Part shown: in pieces, positions 58,957-60,346 of the stretch
How the letters are laid out: each line of letters starts with the position of its first letter
Numbering within the stretch: the first letter of the stretch is position 1
Assembly (NCBI GenBank): GCA_040511255.1
Contig: JBEVHL010000677.1
Location: 1-60,346 of the forward strand
Direction of reading: 5' to 3'
Length of the DNA: 60,346 nucleotides
From: Mycobacterium sp.
GTDB lineage: Bacteria; Actinomycetota; Actinomycetes; Mycobacteriales; Mycobacteriaceae
Made by a program: the position numbers and the translations under genes
The notes under the pieces: generated by a model
What the model saw: the letters and a program-made list of their open reading frames with translations, nothing else
Databases searched by the model: none
Told to the model about the DNA's origin: nothing

Positions 58957-59976
58957 ATGACAGCGCTACCCACACGTCGGCTCGGCACCAACGGCCCCGA
59001 GGTCGCGGGCATCGGCCTGGGCTTCATGAGTTTTCGCAGCGGAGCCGGGCCCGAGGACGAGAAGCAGGCCAAGGATCTGGTCGACACCGCGATCGACGGT
59101 GGCGTCACCCTGTTCGACACCGCCGACATCTACGGACCCGAGTTCAGTGAGATCCTGCTCGGGCGGGCCATCCGTGGCCGCCGGGACGCGCTCACCATCG
59201 CCACGAAATTCGGTAACACGCTGGACCGCGAGACCAACCCCCGCCCGCTGGACGGCAGGCCGGAATACGTCCGCACCGCCATCGAGGGGTCGCTGCGTCG
59301 CCTCGGGGTGGACCACGTCGATCTGTACTACCTGCACCGAGTCGACCCGACTGTCCCGATCGAGGACACCGTCGGTGCGTTGAAGGAACTGGTCGAGGCA
59401 GGCAAGGTCCGCTACATCGGGCTTTCCGAGCCGGGCCCGCAGACGGTGCGTCGCGCTCACGCCGTACACCCCATCACGGCCATCCAGAACGAATGGTCAC
59501 TGTTCACCAGGGATATCGAAGACAGCACGGTTCCGCTTGCCCGCGAACTGGGCATCGGGATCGTGCCGTACTCCCCGTTGGGCCGGGGCTGGCTGTCCGG
59601 GCGGGTACGCACGCCGGAAGACGTCAGCGGCACCCACCGCAAGCACCCGCGTTTTGCCGCAGAGGCATTCGACCGCAATCGCGCGCTGGCCGAGAGTGTG
59701 GTGGCGATCGCCGCCGAGACCGGGGTGCAGCCGAGCCAGATCGCCCTGGCCTGGGTGCTGTCTCGCGGCGACGACGTGGTGCCGATTCCCGGCACGCGGC
59801 ACGTGGAGTACCTGCGCGAAAACATCGGCGCGGTCGACGTGCAGTTGACGGACGAGCAGTTGACGCGGCTTGATGCCATCGCCGACCAGGTGGCGGGGAA
59901 TCGTTCCATCCGGCCGGAGAACCTCGGTACGGAAGCACCTCCGCTGAGTGTTCCTGCGGCAGCGGATAACTCGTGA
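58957..59976 (+). CDS. Aldo/keto reductase
   Basis: IGLGFM, FDTADIY, DLYYLHR, PIPGT. Confidence 0.92.
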   Translation: MTALPTRRLGTNGPEVAGIGLGFMSFRSGAGPEDEKQAKDLVDTAIDGGVTLFDTADIYGPEFSEILLGRAIRGRRDALTIATKFGNTLDRETNPRPLDGRPEYVRTAIEGSLRRLGVDHVDLYYLHRVDPTVPIEDTVGALKELVEAGKVRYIGLSEPGPQTVRRAHAVHPITAIQNEWSLFTRDIEDSTVPLARELGIGIVPYSPLGRGWLSGRVRTPEDVSGTHRKHPRFAAEAFDRNRALAESVVAIAAETGVQPSQIALAWVLSRGDDVVPIPGTRHVEYLRENIGAVDVQLTDEQLTRLDAIADQVAGNRSIRPENLGTEAPPLSVPAAADNS

Positions 59977-60346
59977 CAGTCACAGCGCGGTACGGGGATC
60001 ACCAGGCGGTCCTGGGGGTGCACAACGAGACGCTCGCGGTGCAGCTTGCCCACCGCTCGGTGCGCAAGTTCCTGCCGCAACCGGTCACCGATGAGCAACT
60101 CGCAGCATTGGTGGCCGCGGCCCAGTCCGCGTCGACATCGTCGAATCTGCAGCCGTGGAGCGTGATTGCGATCCGCGACCCGGAGCGCAAAGCCCGCCTG
60201 GCGGTGCTGGCGAACAACCAGCAGTTCATCAATGAGGCGCCGCTGTTTCTGGTCTGGGTGGCCGACCTGGGCCGGGCCCGCCGACTTGCGCAGCGCGCTG
60301 GTACGCCGCTGGACGGTGCCGACTATCTCGAAACCACCATCATCGG
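59973..60346 (+). CDS. NfsA/FRP-family NADPH-dependent flavin reductase, 5' part (runs off window edge)
   Basis: Not in ORF track. Manual translation from GTG 59973: ...AHRSVRKF..AQSASTSSNLQPWS..NQQFINEAP..VADL. Confidence 0.88.
   Translation, partial: MTVTARYGDHQAVLGVHNETLAVQLAHRSVRKFLPQPVTDEQLAALVAAAQSASTSSNLQPWSVIAIRDPERKARLAVLANNQQFINEAPLFLVWVADLGRARRLAQRAGTPLDGADYLETTII

Noticed and set aside
1-60346. CRISPR arrays, rRNA/tRNA, IS elements, integrases, cobalamin riboswitch
   Set aside because: None recognised by eye; small RNAs cannot be excluded without a covariance-model (Rfam/Infernal) scan

Overview
High-GC actinobacterial chromosome segment, very probably Mycobacterium/Mycolicibacterium (F420-dependent and mycothiol-dependent enzyme families, CGNR regulator, likely leaderless starts). 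About 65 CDS plus several gene remnants; no rRNA, tRNA, CRISPR, integrase or transposase recognised. Both flanks look like an organosulfur-scavenging locus. The left flank (1-12700) has three NtaA/DszA-type LLM monooxygenases, a DszC/SfnB-like monooxygenase, a peptide-type ABC importer, LysR/EamA and an AKR. The right flank (57965-end) has TauD, an AKR and an NfsA-type flavin reductase. Between them is a ~45 kb patchwork of redox/detox genes, many regulators and decayed remnants. Most notable: (1) a GntR-controlled operon whose MmgE/PrpD protein closely resembles fungal cis-aconitate decarboxylase CadA, followed by an ICL-family lyase, LeuCD-like hydratase and PEBP; (2) an amidase-less cobalt nitrile-hydratase-family operon with DUF1097 and cbtBA; (3) a Cys-rich leader peptide plus a second coupled uORF ahead of lysR, both absent from the ORF track; (4) a Tm-1-like UPF0261/TIM-barrel operon; (5) a MerB-like gene with no mer context; (6) repeated palindromic operators suggesting local regulons. 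All family calls come from motif recognition by eye and recalled sequences; no database searches were run.
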